Assembly (NCBI GenBank): GCA_044224875.1
Contig: JBGAJQ010000036.1
Coordinates: forward strand, 1 to 52,970
Origin: Gemmatimonadaceae bacterium
Lineage (GTDB): Bacteria > Gemmatimonadota > Gemmatimonadetes > Gemmatimonadales > Gemmatimonadaceae
Direction: 5' to 3'
DNA: 52,970 nucleotides
In this document: positions 19,186-28,009 of the stretch, piece after piece
Position numbering within the stretch: the stretch's first letter is position 1
Layout: each line of letters begins with the position of its first letter
Made by a program: the position numbers and the translations under genes
Notes under the pieces: generated by a model
Told to the model about the DNA's origin: nothing
What the model saw: the letters and a program-made list of their open reading frames with translations, nothing else
Databases searched by the model: none

Positions 19186-21393
19186 TTACTTCGTGTCGGC
19201 GGTTGGCAGTGTCATGGCGATCCGGGAGGTGCTGCTTCCCGCGCCCGTGGCAAAGACGATGTATTGTTTGCCGCGATGCATGAACGTCATGGGCACGGCC
19301 GTGGTCTTGGACGGGATGCGTACGGCGCCGACCTGCTTACCTGTCGCCTTGTCGACCGCGTACAGCATCGGTGGATTGTCCGACCCATTGCGTCCCGTAC
19401 CGTAGATCACGAGCGTCTTGGTGGTGATGATCTGCGCCTGCCCGCGACCGCCTAACGGGGGAAGCGTGACACCGGAGAAGAGCGGACTATTGCTCGAGAC
19501 CTTGGTGAAGACACCGTTGGGAATCCACCACGCCTTGTTGCCGGTGTTGAGGTTGTAGGCCGTAACGCCCCCGTACTCCTTCGGCTTCACGATCGAAACG
19601 CCACCGATGGACGACTGTCCCGAACGACTTTCGAAGTCGCCGCCGCGTCCACCGGTGGGTGGTTTGTAGCCGGGCGGTGGCGGCAACGCGCCAAGCAACC
19701 CGCAATTGTCGCGTGGTGAGCTGTACCGGAACTCCGAGCACGGGTCCTTCTTGAGGGAGATCGTGCTCATGCCCGTTTGTGAACCGACATACAGCATGCC
19801 CGTTTCGATGTCGGCCGCGGCACCGCCGTCGATGTTCACACCACCGGAGGCGCCGGGCGCATACCAGGAGCACTTGAGGCCACTGGGATTGTCGGATGTC
19901 GATCCGGGAATGTAGTACGGCCCCATTCGGCAGGTCTTCGCCAGCTTCAACGCCGAGTCCTTGATGGCTGGTGTGTAGTCGATCAAGTCGGATTCGACCA
20001 GGCCCTGTTGAGAGTACGGCGCGGGCTTGCTGGGCACCGGCTGCGTGGGCCAGGACTCCTCGCCCGGCACGTCGCTCTTGAGTACGGGTGTCTCCACGAT
20101 GGGCCAGATCGGCTCACCCGTCACTCGGTCGAGTACGTACACCCACCCCTGCTTGGTGGTGGCCGCGATGATCTTCCGCTGTCGGCCATCGACCGTCACG
20201 TCCAACAGGTTGGGTGCCATTGGCGTGTCATAGTCCCAGATATCGTGATGCACCATCTGGTAGTGCCACTTCCGTTTCCCCGTCTTTGTGTCCAGGGCGA
20301 CGATCGAATTGCCGTAGAGGTTGGCGCCGGGACGATGACCGCCGTACTCGTCCATGAGCGGCATGCCCGTTGGGACATACACAGTGCCCAACTCGGGATC
20401 GGCGGACCAGGTGGCCCACGGATCGACCTTGCCGACGCCGTCAGATCCAACCTTCGAGCCCTTCGTCCACGTTTCCGCACCGAACTCGCCCGGTTGCGGA
20501 ATCAGGTTGAACTTCCAGACCTGCCGTCCCGTGTGAACGTCAAACCCCCGGACGAAGCCGGGAATGTTGTGGGCCTTGATCGGATAGTAGCCGTGGATGG
20601 ACGAATTGCCGAGGACGATCATGTCATTGACCACGACGGCAGGGGAGCTGTTCGCGATCTGGCCCTGCGTGGGATCGATCCCAATGGTGCCATCGGCGCC
20701 GGTCTTTGTGACGGGGTCCCATTTCTCACCGGCTTTGGCCTGCCGATACGGCGCCGCGTCACTGATGATCAGCGGCCCCGAGTCATCGACTGCCAAGGGA
20801 ACCAGGTTGAATCCGAGGCCATCCATCAGGTCCACCACGCCGTTCTTGCCGAATGCCGGATCGGGGCGCCCGGTCTTCGCATCGAGGGAGATCAGGTGGT
20901 ACCCGGGCGTGATGACGATCACCCGCTCCTCGCGTCCATCGGTCCAATACGAGAGCCCGCGCCCGGCAAATTGGCGTGGCGCCTTTTGCCAGCGGATGCC
21001 TTCGTCCAGACGGTACATCCACAGGGTCTCGCCGGTGACCGGATCGAGCGCCATGGCCACGCGTCGCGTCGTGGCGACGGTGAAGATCCGGCCGTTGGCA
21101 TAGAGCGGGGTCGTCCGATAGTACTCGTCAGCTCCAAACGCGCCGGCGTTCCACTGCCACGCAATCTGGAGCTGGTTGAAGTTGGAGGCGTTGATCTGGT
21201 CGAGCGGTGAATAGCGACTGCTCCACGCGTCGGCGCCCCAGTAGCGCCATTCGCCGGGCGCATTCCCGCGGCTGAGGGTTGGACCCTGAAACGCGCTGAG
21301 AAGTGATGTCCGCCAAGGCAGCGCGCCCATCAGGGCGGCGCCCATTGCAGCTGCAATCACCAGCGCTCGACGATTCGTCACCTGTGACGCCAT
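19186..21393 (-). CDS. PQQ-dependent dehydrogenase (glucose/quinate-dehydrogenase-like beta-propeller), exported
   Basis: RYSPLDQIN..N..QL..AW, TPL, GHRPG.NLYGNSIVALD, HHDIWDYD and GKQYIV motifs; NRR-hydrophobic signal. Start approximate. Confidence 0.9.
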   Translation of the reverse strand: MASQVTNRRALVIAAAMGAALMGALPWRTSLLSAFQGPTLSRGNAPGEWRYWGADAWSSRYSPLDQINASNFNQLQIAWQWNAGAFGADEYYRTTPLYANGRIFTVATTRRVAMALDPVTGETLWMYRLDEGIRWQKAPRQFAGRGLSYWTDGREERVIVITPGYHLISLDAKTGRPDPAFGKNGVVDLMDGLGFNLVPLAVDDSGPLIISDAAPYRQAKAGEKWDPVTKTGADGTIGIDPTQGQIANSSPAVVVNDMIVLGNSSIHGYYPIKAHNIPGFVRGFDVHTGRQVWKFNLIPQPGEFGAETWTKGSKVGSDGVGKVDPWATWSADPELGTVYVPTGMPLMDEYGGHRPGANLYGNSIVALDTKTGKRKWHYQMVHHDIWDYDTPMAPNLLDVTVDGRQRKIIAATTKQGWVYVLDRVTGEPIWPIVETPVLKSDVPGEESWPTQPVPSKPAPYSQQGLVESDLIDYTPAIKDSALKLAKTCRMGPYYIPGSTSDNPSGLKCSWYAPGASGGVNIDGGAAADIETGMLYVGSQTGMSTISLKKDPCSEFRYSSPRDNCGLLGALPPPPGYKPPTGGRGGDFESRSGQSSIGGVSIVKPKEYGGVTAYNLNTGNKAWWIPNGVFTKVSSNSPLFSGVTLPPLGGRGQAQIITTKTLVIYGTGRNGSDNPPMLYAVDKATGKQVGAVRIPSKTTAVPMTFMHRGKQYIVFATGAGSSTSRIAMTLPTADTK

Positions 21394-21821
21394 GGACTCG
21401 ATTCCTCGCAAGGGTGTCCCGGCCGTCGCGTGAGTGCGTGAACGGCCAAGGTCGATGCCCCCGGAAATTGCGCACTCGCCCCCGGTTTCGTCAGAGGCTC
21501 TCAGAGTGTGACACACGTCGGCCTGACTCATGTTCGGTTCCCTTGCGCTCAACGGAGCAGCAGACCCGCACTGACGACGAGTTCGCGAGAGAGCCAGCTG
21601 GGGGGTCGCGCGGCTCGCGCCGCCCCTCGAGATTGGCACTCATCGGACCGCTATGGGCGCTCCGTGCGAAATGGGTTTGCTTAGGCACTGTTTGCACCCA
21701 TCGGACGCTTGGGGCGCACCGTGCAAAGTGGGATCTCCCTCGGCACCATTTCCCGCGGTAATGTCGGTGCGCCCCCGCTGCCTCGTGCTGGCAGTTGCGC
21801 CCCCTCTTGACCACTCCTGGC

Positions 21822-24044
21822 ATGTCACTGACTCGAGCTTGGCCGCACTCCTCACGCCGCTGTCGCACCACGCGTACGCTGCCGCTCCTGGTTGCCTTGC
21901 TCTGCGGATGCCAGCCGCAACCGGAATCCCCTGTTCGTTCCGTCCGCGGATTTCCGAGCGATGCGCTCGATTCGTTAGGTGCGCGCGAGGCCGTGCTTTC
22001 TGCGTCGCCCGACACCTCGCTCATCCGCGAGTACGCCCGGATCATGTCGGAGGCGCCGCACCACGCGGGGTCGCCAGGAGCCAAGGTGGTCGCGGAGTGG
22101 GCACTGGGGAAATTCCGGGAATGGGGGCTGGACGCGCAGATCGAGGAGTTCGAGGCGCTGCTTCCAACACCTGTCGCCCGAAGCGTGGAGCTGGTGGCCC
22201 CCACGCGCTACGTCGCCACAATGTCCGAACCTGTCTTGGCGGAAGACAAGGACTCCGGCGATCAGGGGCAATTGCCGACCTACAATGCGTATGGCGCCGA
22301 CGGTGACGTGCAAGGCGAACTGGTATTTGCCAACTACGGGCTCGCCGATGACTACGCAGTACTGGATTCTCTTGGAGTGGACCTGAGGGGCAAGATCGTG
22401 ATCGTGAAATACGGGCGTGGCGTGCGATCTTCGAAGATCAAGCAAGCGGTGGCGCGCGGTGCCGTGGGTTGCCTGATCTACTCCGATCCCTCGGACGACG
22501 GATTTTCGCGCGGAGCTGTTTACCCAAAGGGTCCTTGGCGTCCGGAAGACGCTGTGCAGCGCGGAACGGCGCTGGACTACGCGGCGAAGTATGCCGGCGA
22601 TCCGCTCTCGCCCGGATGGGCCTCGGTGAAGGGAAGCAAGCGGCTGCCGATGTCCCAGGCCGCCAGCCTGCCGGGCATTCCCGTCCTGCCACTGTCCTAT
22701 GGCGATGCCAAACCCCTGCTGGAGGCCCTCGGCGGCGCGGCAGCTGCAACGCTCGGCTGGACGGGAGGCTTGCCGATCACGTATCACGTGGGTCCGGGGC
22801 CGGCGCGCGTTCGCATGCGAAGCAAGTCCGAGTGGACCACCGGCACGTTGTACGACGTGGTGGCTCGCATCCCCGGGGCAACGATGCCTGACGAGTGGGT
22901 CATCATGGCCAATCACCATGACGGATGGGTGAACGGTGCCGCTGATCCAGTAGGCGCCGCCGCTGCGATGCTGGAGTCGGCGCGCGCCATGAGTGTCTTG
23001 CTCAACCGCGGTTGGAGACCGCAGCGCACCATGATCTTCGCGTTGTGGGACGGCGAAGAGTGGGGCCTGCTCGGCTCCACCGAGTGGGCAGAAGCTCACG
23101 CCGGCGAACTGCAGGAGAAGGCGGTCGCTTACCTGAACACGGACATGTACGGCAAGGGCGAATTCGGTGCGGATGGGTCCCACACGCTCGAGACATACGT
23201 ACGCGAAGTAGCGCGCGATCAGTCGGATCCCGTCAGCGGCAAGAGCATGCTGCAGGAGGCGATCGACCGATCCGTAGCACGTGCGAAAAACGCCAAGGAT
23301 TCCGCTGCCGCAAAGGCTCGTGGGTTTCGGCTGAATCCTCCCGGTTCGGGGACTGACTTCGAGGCCTTTCTCGAACACCTCGGCGTTGCCAGCGTCTCGC
23401 ATTCGATCGAAGGTCCGGAGTTCGCCGGTACCTATCATTCGATCTACGACAGCTACGACAACTTTTCCAAGTTCCTCGATCCAGGTTTTGCGTACGGTGC
23501 GGCGCAGTCGAGAGTCGTCAGTGCGATGGCGGTGCGCATGTCGGACGCGCCCGTCCTCCCATTCTCGTTCTCCGACGCAGCCGCGGCGTACCGCGAGTTT
23601 GCTGCCGGTGTAGTGGCCCGGGCCAACCGGACGCTAGGACCCGAGAAGGTGGACATGAGTCAGTTGCTGCAGTCGGTGGATCGACTGGCGGCTGCAGGGG
23701 TCGCGTATGACTCAGCGTATGCTCAGGTTATTGGGCGCGGTTCCGCGTATCTCGCTGGGCACCGTGATGCCCTGCGAGCGCTCAACAAGGAGTTGTACCA
23801 GTCTGAACGCGACTTGCTTGACCCACGTGGCTTGCCGGGACGCGAGTGGTTCAAGAGCACGATGTACGCGACGGGACTGTACACGGGCTTTGAGGGGGAT
23901 CCAATGCCCGGTGTCGGCCAGCAGATTGACGCGAAGAACGCCACAGGGGCGGGTGAGGAAGCGACCAAGGTGGCTGCGGCCATCGATCGGATGGCAGTGC
24001 GCGCCGAGCGCGCGACACGCCAATTGCGCGAGTTGCCACAGTGA
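21822..24044 (+). CDS. M28 glutamate-carboxypeptidase-II-like peptidase (PA domain, transferrin-receptor-like dimerisation domain), lipoprotein
   Basis: NHHDGW, GAADP, WDGEEWGLLGSTEWAE, YLNTD, GTDF and YHSIYD motifs; LCGC lipobox. Start approximate. Confidence 0.92.
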   Translation: MSLTRAWPHSSRRCRTTRTLPLLVALLCGCQPQPESPVRSVRGFPSDALDSLGAREAVLSASPDTSLIREYARIMSEAPHHAGSPGAKVVAEWALGKFREWGLDAQIEEFEALLPTPVARSVELVAPTRYVATMSEPVLAEDKDSGDQGQLPTYNAYGADGDVQGELVFANYGLADDYAVLDSLGVDLRGKIVIVKYGRGVRSSKIKQAVARGAVGCLIYSDPSDDGFSRGAVYPKGPWRPEDAVQRGTALDYAAKYAGDPLSPGWASVKGSKRLPMSQAASLPGIPVLPLSYGDAKPLLEALGGAAAATLGWTGGLPITYHVGPGPARVRMRSKSEWTTGTLYDVVARIPGATMPDEWVIMANHHDGWVNGAADPVGAAAAMLESARAMSVLLNRGWRPQRTMIFALWDGEEWGLLGSTEWAEAHAGELQEKAVAYLNTDMYGKGEFGADGSHTLETYVREVARDQSDPVSGKSMLQEAIDRSVARAKNAKDSAAAKARGFRLNPPGSGTDFEAFLEHLGVASVSHSIEGPEFAGTYHSIYDSYDNFSKFLDPGFAYGAAQSRVVSAMAVRMSDAPVLPFSFSDAAAAYREFAAGVVARANRTLGPEKVDMSQLLQSVDRLAAAGVAYDSAYAQVIGRGSAYLAGHRDALRALNKELYQSERDLLDPRGLPGREWFKSTMYATGLYTGFEGDPMPGVGQQIDAKNATGAGEEATKVAAAIDRMAVRAERATRQLRELPQ

Positions 24045-24173
24045 CGGGCGTGGCGCGATGATCAACTGTGTAGCGCGCACCTACGAGCGAGGTTCTCTAC
24101 GCTAACGATCGGACGCTGCATCGCTGAGCGTTCGTGAACTCGGAGAAATGACGAAGCCGGCGGCGAACTCACC

Positions 24174-24617
24174 CTATGGTTTCTTGACGTCGATGCGGAT
24201 CTGGTGCAAGGACAGCGAGTCAGTGGGCAGCTCGTCAAAGCCCGACGGCATGCCATTGAGTCGAAGGATGTGGGCGATGACCTGCGCATATTCCTCACGC
24301 GTCAAACTGCCGGGCTCATTCTTTGGCATCTTCTCGCTGACGAATGCGAAGAGGTCAGACAGCGGTCGTCCTGCCCAAACGTTTGTAAACACCACGCCGG
24401 TGTGGGATGCCAGGGTATGACAACTTTGGCACATCCCCGCGTACACATCGCGCCCCCGGTTGGCTTGCTCGCGCGTGTACACGCCGTCCAGGGTCGAACG
24501 CGCGGCCGCGCTGTCTTGAGCGTGTGCCCGAGCCGAAAACAAGACGACGCACGCGCCAGTCACGCAGGCGCCGAGCAACCTGCGAAGAAGAAGGGTCGGT
24601 AGGGCTGGCAGCCTCAT
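24174..24617 (-). CDS. Monoheme class I cytochrome c
   Basis: Signal peptide; GVYT.EQA.RG..Y..CQSCH; distal Met in MPKNEPGSL. Confidence 0.88.
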   Translation of the reverse strand: MRLPALPTLLLRRLLGACVTGACVVLFSARAHAQDSAAARSTLDGVYTREQANRGRDVYAGMCQSCHTLASHTGVVFTNVWAGRPLSDLFAFVSEKMPKNEPGSLTREEYAQVIAHILRLNGMPSGFDELPTDSLSLHQIRIDVKKP

Positions 24618-24626
24618 CCCCGAAAA

Positions 24627-26000
24627 CTAGGCAGGTGTTCGTTGCGAGTTCCACACCCGGCCAAATACTCGCGACAACCCCCAGGCGACGGCGATAAGGA
24701 CTAGCGCCGCCAGCAGCCATCGCAGCAATGCGACAAAGAACGTTGCGTCTAGCACGGGCACCGGGAACTCGTACCCGCGAAGCACTTGGAAACGCTCTGT
24801 CATCCAGTGCCATGCCGTATGCCCAACCAGCGCCGACAGCAGGATTGTTCCAATCCGCTCGGCCACCATGCGCTTGAACACGAAGGAGAGGGCCGGTACG
24901 GCAACCAGTAACACGACGATCTGCCCGAGTTCCACGCCGATGTTGAACGCGACCAGTGACGTGGCGAGGTGCGTGCCGGCGAACTGCAAGGACTGTCTCA
25001 GTGCGAAGGAAAAGCCGAATCCGTGGACGAGTCCGAATCCGAATGCCACTAGCCACCGTCGATCGAGGCGCGCGCCGACCACGTTTTCGCACGCCATGTA
25101 CACGATCGAGAGGGCAATCAGCACTTCGATGAGTGGCGGGAACCATAGGCCGTCAGGTGCAAACCCCGAGGCGCTACCGATCAGGGTGATCGAGTGCGCC
25201 ACGGTGAACGACGTGACGATGGCGATGAGCGGGCGCAGCCGTCGAAAGGGGATAACGAGGCAGAACACGAAGAGCAGATGATCGATGCCATCCAGGATAT
25301 GGTCGAAGCCGAGGACGACGAACTGCCACGCCGCGTGGTACCACCTGGGATCGAGGCGCACGCGACCCGGGTTGCCCGTGTACTCGTAGGCACGATCGCC
25401 ACCTTCCGGTGGAACGAAATGCAACACCGTGGTGGTGCGCACGCCCAGGTGAGCCAGCGTGGGGACAATGGAAAACTCACCATGGTCCGAGGCGATAGCG
25501 TATTCGAGCACGACGTCGAACATCGCCTGCTGCCATGCGATCTCGGTCGACGGATCGAGTGGTGGGCCCTCAGTGTGCCTTCGTGCCGAGTCGTATGAGG
25601 TGAAGAACTTCTCCGATGGCAGTGAGGCGCGGACGGCGACCACGCGCGGTGTGCCCAGTCGCACGCCGTTCTCGAAGAACTGGATGTAGTCGGCCAGCCA
25701 GAGCTGGGCGGCGTCGCGCAGGACCGGCTCGGCGCGACTGAGGTCGAGCAAGCCCAGCGGTCGAAGTGGGGGCTCCATGTCGCGCATGGCGCCGAGCGGC
25801 ACGCGAATGACCATGTGCAACTGGCGTCCTTCGGGCTTGATGAATGCCAGCACGGTGACGCTGCTCGGGATCTCGTGCGACGTCGCCGCGCGTGGCGTCG
25901 CCAGCAACCCGGCCAGCGCACCAAGCACACCAACCGTTAGGCGTCGCCAGCGGACGCGAAACAGTGGCGCGGAGGGGTGGCTGGCTGACGGCGAGGCCAT
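24627..26000 (-). CDS. HupE/UreJ-family membrane protein with periplasmic N-terminal domain
   Basis: SHEIP after the signal; GFDHILDGIDHLLF, FTVAHSITL and FGLVHGFGF His motifs; multiple TM helices. Confidence 0.87.
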   Translation of the reverse strand: MASPSASHPSAPLFRVRWRRLTVGVLGALAGLLATPRAATSHEIPSSVTVLAFIKPEGRQLHMVIRVPLGAMRDMEPPLRPLGLLDLSRAEPVLRDAAQLWLADYIQFFENGVRLGTPRVVAVRASLPSEKFFTSYDSARRHTEGPPLDPSTEIAWQQAMFDVVLEYAIASDHGEFSIVPTLAHLGVRTTTVLHFVPPEGGDRAYEYTGNPGRVRLDPRWYHAAWQFVVLGFDHILDGIDHLLFVFCLVIPFRRLRPLIAIVTSFTVAHSITLIGSASGFAPDGLWFPPLIEVLIALSIVYMACENVVGARLDRRWLVAFGFGLVHGFGFSFALRQSLQFAGTHLATSLVAFNIGVELGQIVVLLVAVPALSFVFKRMVAERIGTILLSALVGHTAWHWMTERFQVLRGYEFPVPVLDATFFVALLRWLLAALVLIAVAWGLSRVFGRVWNSQRTPA

Positions 26001-26133
26001 ATCTGGAGAGCGCGGCGGCTATGGACGGACGCGGTTGGTGATGCTTAGTTAGGGGTCGCAGACCCGAGTGGCACGAGTATACACTCCCCTCGCCCAGTGA
26101 GATACGGGCGGTGACCCGACAGGAGAAACCCGA

Positions 26134-27318
26134 ATGACGCGCAGTCGCACGCTGATGGTGGGCCTTTCGTTCGCAGCCGTCATAGCCGCACTCGCCATTG
26201 GACAGGCGGTCCTGCAGGCGGCCACCGAGGTCCAGAGCGTTCAGGCCCCGAAGTTTGAGGTGGATCCGTATTGGCCCAAGCCGCTGCCTAACCACTGGTT
26301 GCTGGGCTCGACGATTGGCGTCGGCGTCGACTCACGCGATCACGTGTTCATCATTCATCGCGGGGACTCGACGCTCAATCAGCGCACGGAAGCCGGCGCC
26401 AACTCCACTCCCCCAGTGGGCGAATGCTGTCGGTCGGCGCCGCCGATCCTCGAGTTCGATCCGGAGGGCAACCTGGTCAACGCGTGGGGAGGGCCCGCGC
26501 AGGGTTACGACTGGCCCACGTCAAACCACGGCATCACGGTGGACGCCAAGGACAACGTCTGGATTGGTGGGAACGGCACCGGTGACTCGCACATCCTCAA
26601 GTTCACGCACGACGGCAAGTTCCTGATGCAGATCGGCGCCGCGCGCCAGCCAACGAACAGCAGCAGCACCACCTATTTCGGCCGCGTGGCAAAGATCTCG
26701 TTCGATGAGGCGGCGGGTGAGGCGTACGTAGCCGACGGCTACGCCAACAAGCGTGTGGCTGTGCTCGACATGACGAGCGGCAAGATCAAGCGCTACTGGG
26801 GCGCGTATGGGAACAGGCCCGACGATGCGAACCTCGGCCCCTACAACCCCGACGCCCCGTTGGCCAAGCAATTCCGCAATCCGGTCCACTGCGCCGAGCC
26901 GACCAACGATGGCTTGGTGTACGTGTGCGACCGCCCGAACGATCGCATTCAGGTCTTCAAGAAGGACGGCTCGTTCGTGAAGGAACAACGAATTGCGCCA
27001 CTCACCCGCGGCGATGGCAGCGTGTGGGACATCACGTTCTCGCGGGACGCACAGCAGAAGTACTTGTTCCTCGCCGACGGCAAGAACGAGAAGATCTACG
27101 TCATGGATCGTCAGTCGCTGGAGGTCCTGACCAGTTTCGGTGATGGCGGACGGCAGCCCGGCCAGTTCTTCGCGGTGCACAGCATTGTCACCGATTCCAA
27201 GGGGAATCTCTACACGACCGAGACGTATGAGGGAAAGCGCGTGCAGAAGTTTGTGTATCGCGGGCTCGCCTCAGTTCCGAAGGGACATCAGGGCGTGCCC
27301 TGGCCGTCCACTCGTTAG
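26134..27318 (+). CDS. Secreted NHL-repeat PAL-like lyase
   Basis: VDPYWPKPLP, NHGITVD, ADGYANKRV, PVHC, CDRPNDRIQVF and VHSIVTD motifs; AGGAG RBS. Confidence 0.87.
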   Translation: MTRSRTLMVGLSFAAVIAALAIGQAVLQAATEVQSVQAPKFEVDPYWPKPLPNHWLLGSTIGVGVDSRDHVFIIHRGDSTLNQRTEAGANSTPPVGECCRSAPPILEFDPEGNLVNAWGGPAQGYDWPTSNHGITVDAKDNVWIGGNGTGDSHILKFTHDGKFLMQIGAARQPTNSSSTTYFGRVAKISFDEAAGEAYVADGYANKRVAVLDMTSGKIKRYWGAYGNRPDDANLGPYNPDAPLAKQFRNPVHCAEPTNDGLVYVCDRPNDRIQVFKKDGSFVKEQRIAPLTRGDGSVWDITFSRDAQQKYLFLADGKNEKIYVMDRQSLEVLTSFGDGGRQPGQFFAVHSIVTDSKGNLYTTETYEGKRVQKFVYRGLASVPKGHQGVPWPSTR

Positions 27319-27324
27319 GATCGA

Positions 27325-27915
27325 ATGGACCTGACGCCAGTCACCTTGGAGGGGCAGCACGCGCGGCTCGAACCATTGACGCATGCGCATCGGGGCGACT
27401 TGCTGACGGTGGCGTTCGATCCGGAGATCTGGCAATTCACGACGGCTCGCGTCACGACGCCGGCCGACCTGGAGCGGTACGTCGAAACGGCACTCGCCTG
27501 GCAACGTGAAGGTCACGCGTTGCCCTTTGCCACGATCGATCGCGCAAGCGGACGAGCGATTGGCAGTACGCGTTTTGCCGCCATCGACGTCGCCAATCGG
27601 CGGGCGGAGATCGGATGGACCTGGCTGGGCAAGGCGTACCAGCGGACGGCCCTGAACACAGAGGCCAAATTGCTCATGCTCACGCACGCCTTCGAGCACA
27701 TGGGCTGTATCCGCGTCGAACTCAAGACCGACGTGTTGAACGTGCGGTCTCGCGCCGCGATCCAGCGGCTGGGGGCGAAGGAGGAAGGGATCTTCCGCCA
27801 CCACATGATCATGCCAGAAGGCCGGTTGCGCGACACCGTGTACTACAGCCTACTCTCGGAAGAATGGCCGGCGGCAAAGGCGGGCTTGGTGGAGAAGCTG
27901 GCGCGCCCGCGTTAG
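27325..27915 (+). CDS. RimJ/RimL-family GNAT N-acetyltransferase
   Basis: IGSTRF, EIGWTWL, NTEAKLLML.HAFE, RVELKTD.LN.RS and RDTVYYS motifs. Confidence 0.92.
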   Translation: MDLTPVTLEGQHARLEPLTHAHRGDLLTVAFDPEIWQFTTARVTTPADLERYVETALAWQREGHALPFATIDRASGRAIGSTRFAAIDVANRRAEIGWTWLGKAYQRTALNTEAKLLMLTHAFEHMGCIRVELKTDVLNVRSRAAIQRLGAKEEGIFRHHMIMPEGRLRDTVYYSLLSEEWPAAKAGLVEKLARPR

Positions 27916-28009
27916 GCTTGCGCCGAGGGGCGCCTCGGTGGAACGTAGACGGTCTCCATGGCGCCCGGTTCGTGGCGCCGATGTCCGTCCTTCGCACTTG
28001 CCAGATCTC

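Noticed and set aside
20225..20255. WDYD motif as a sign of lanthanide dependence in the PQQ enzyme
   Set aside because: D-x-D in HHDxWDxD is also normal in glucose/quinate-type PQQ enzymes, and the vicinal Cys-Cys of XoxF/ExaF alcohol dehydrogenases is absent.
21682..21696. TAGGCACTGTTTGCA as a sigma54 promoter
   Set aside because: GG-to-GC spacing is 8 nt, not the required 10.
21641..21733. Two-repeat mini-CRISPR
   Set aside because: Only two degenerate copies with a short gap and no cas genes. Kept as a possible operator instead.
26069..26085. TGGCACG as a sigma54 -24 box before the PAL-like gene
   Set aside because: No GC at the -12 position.
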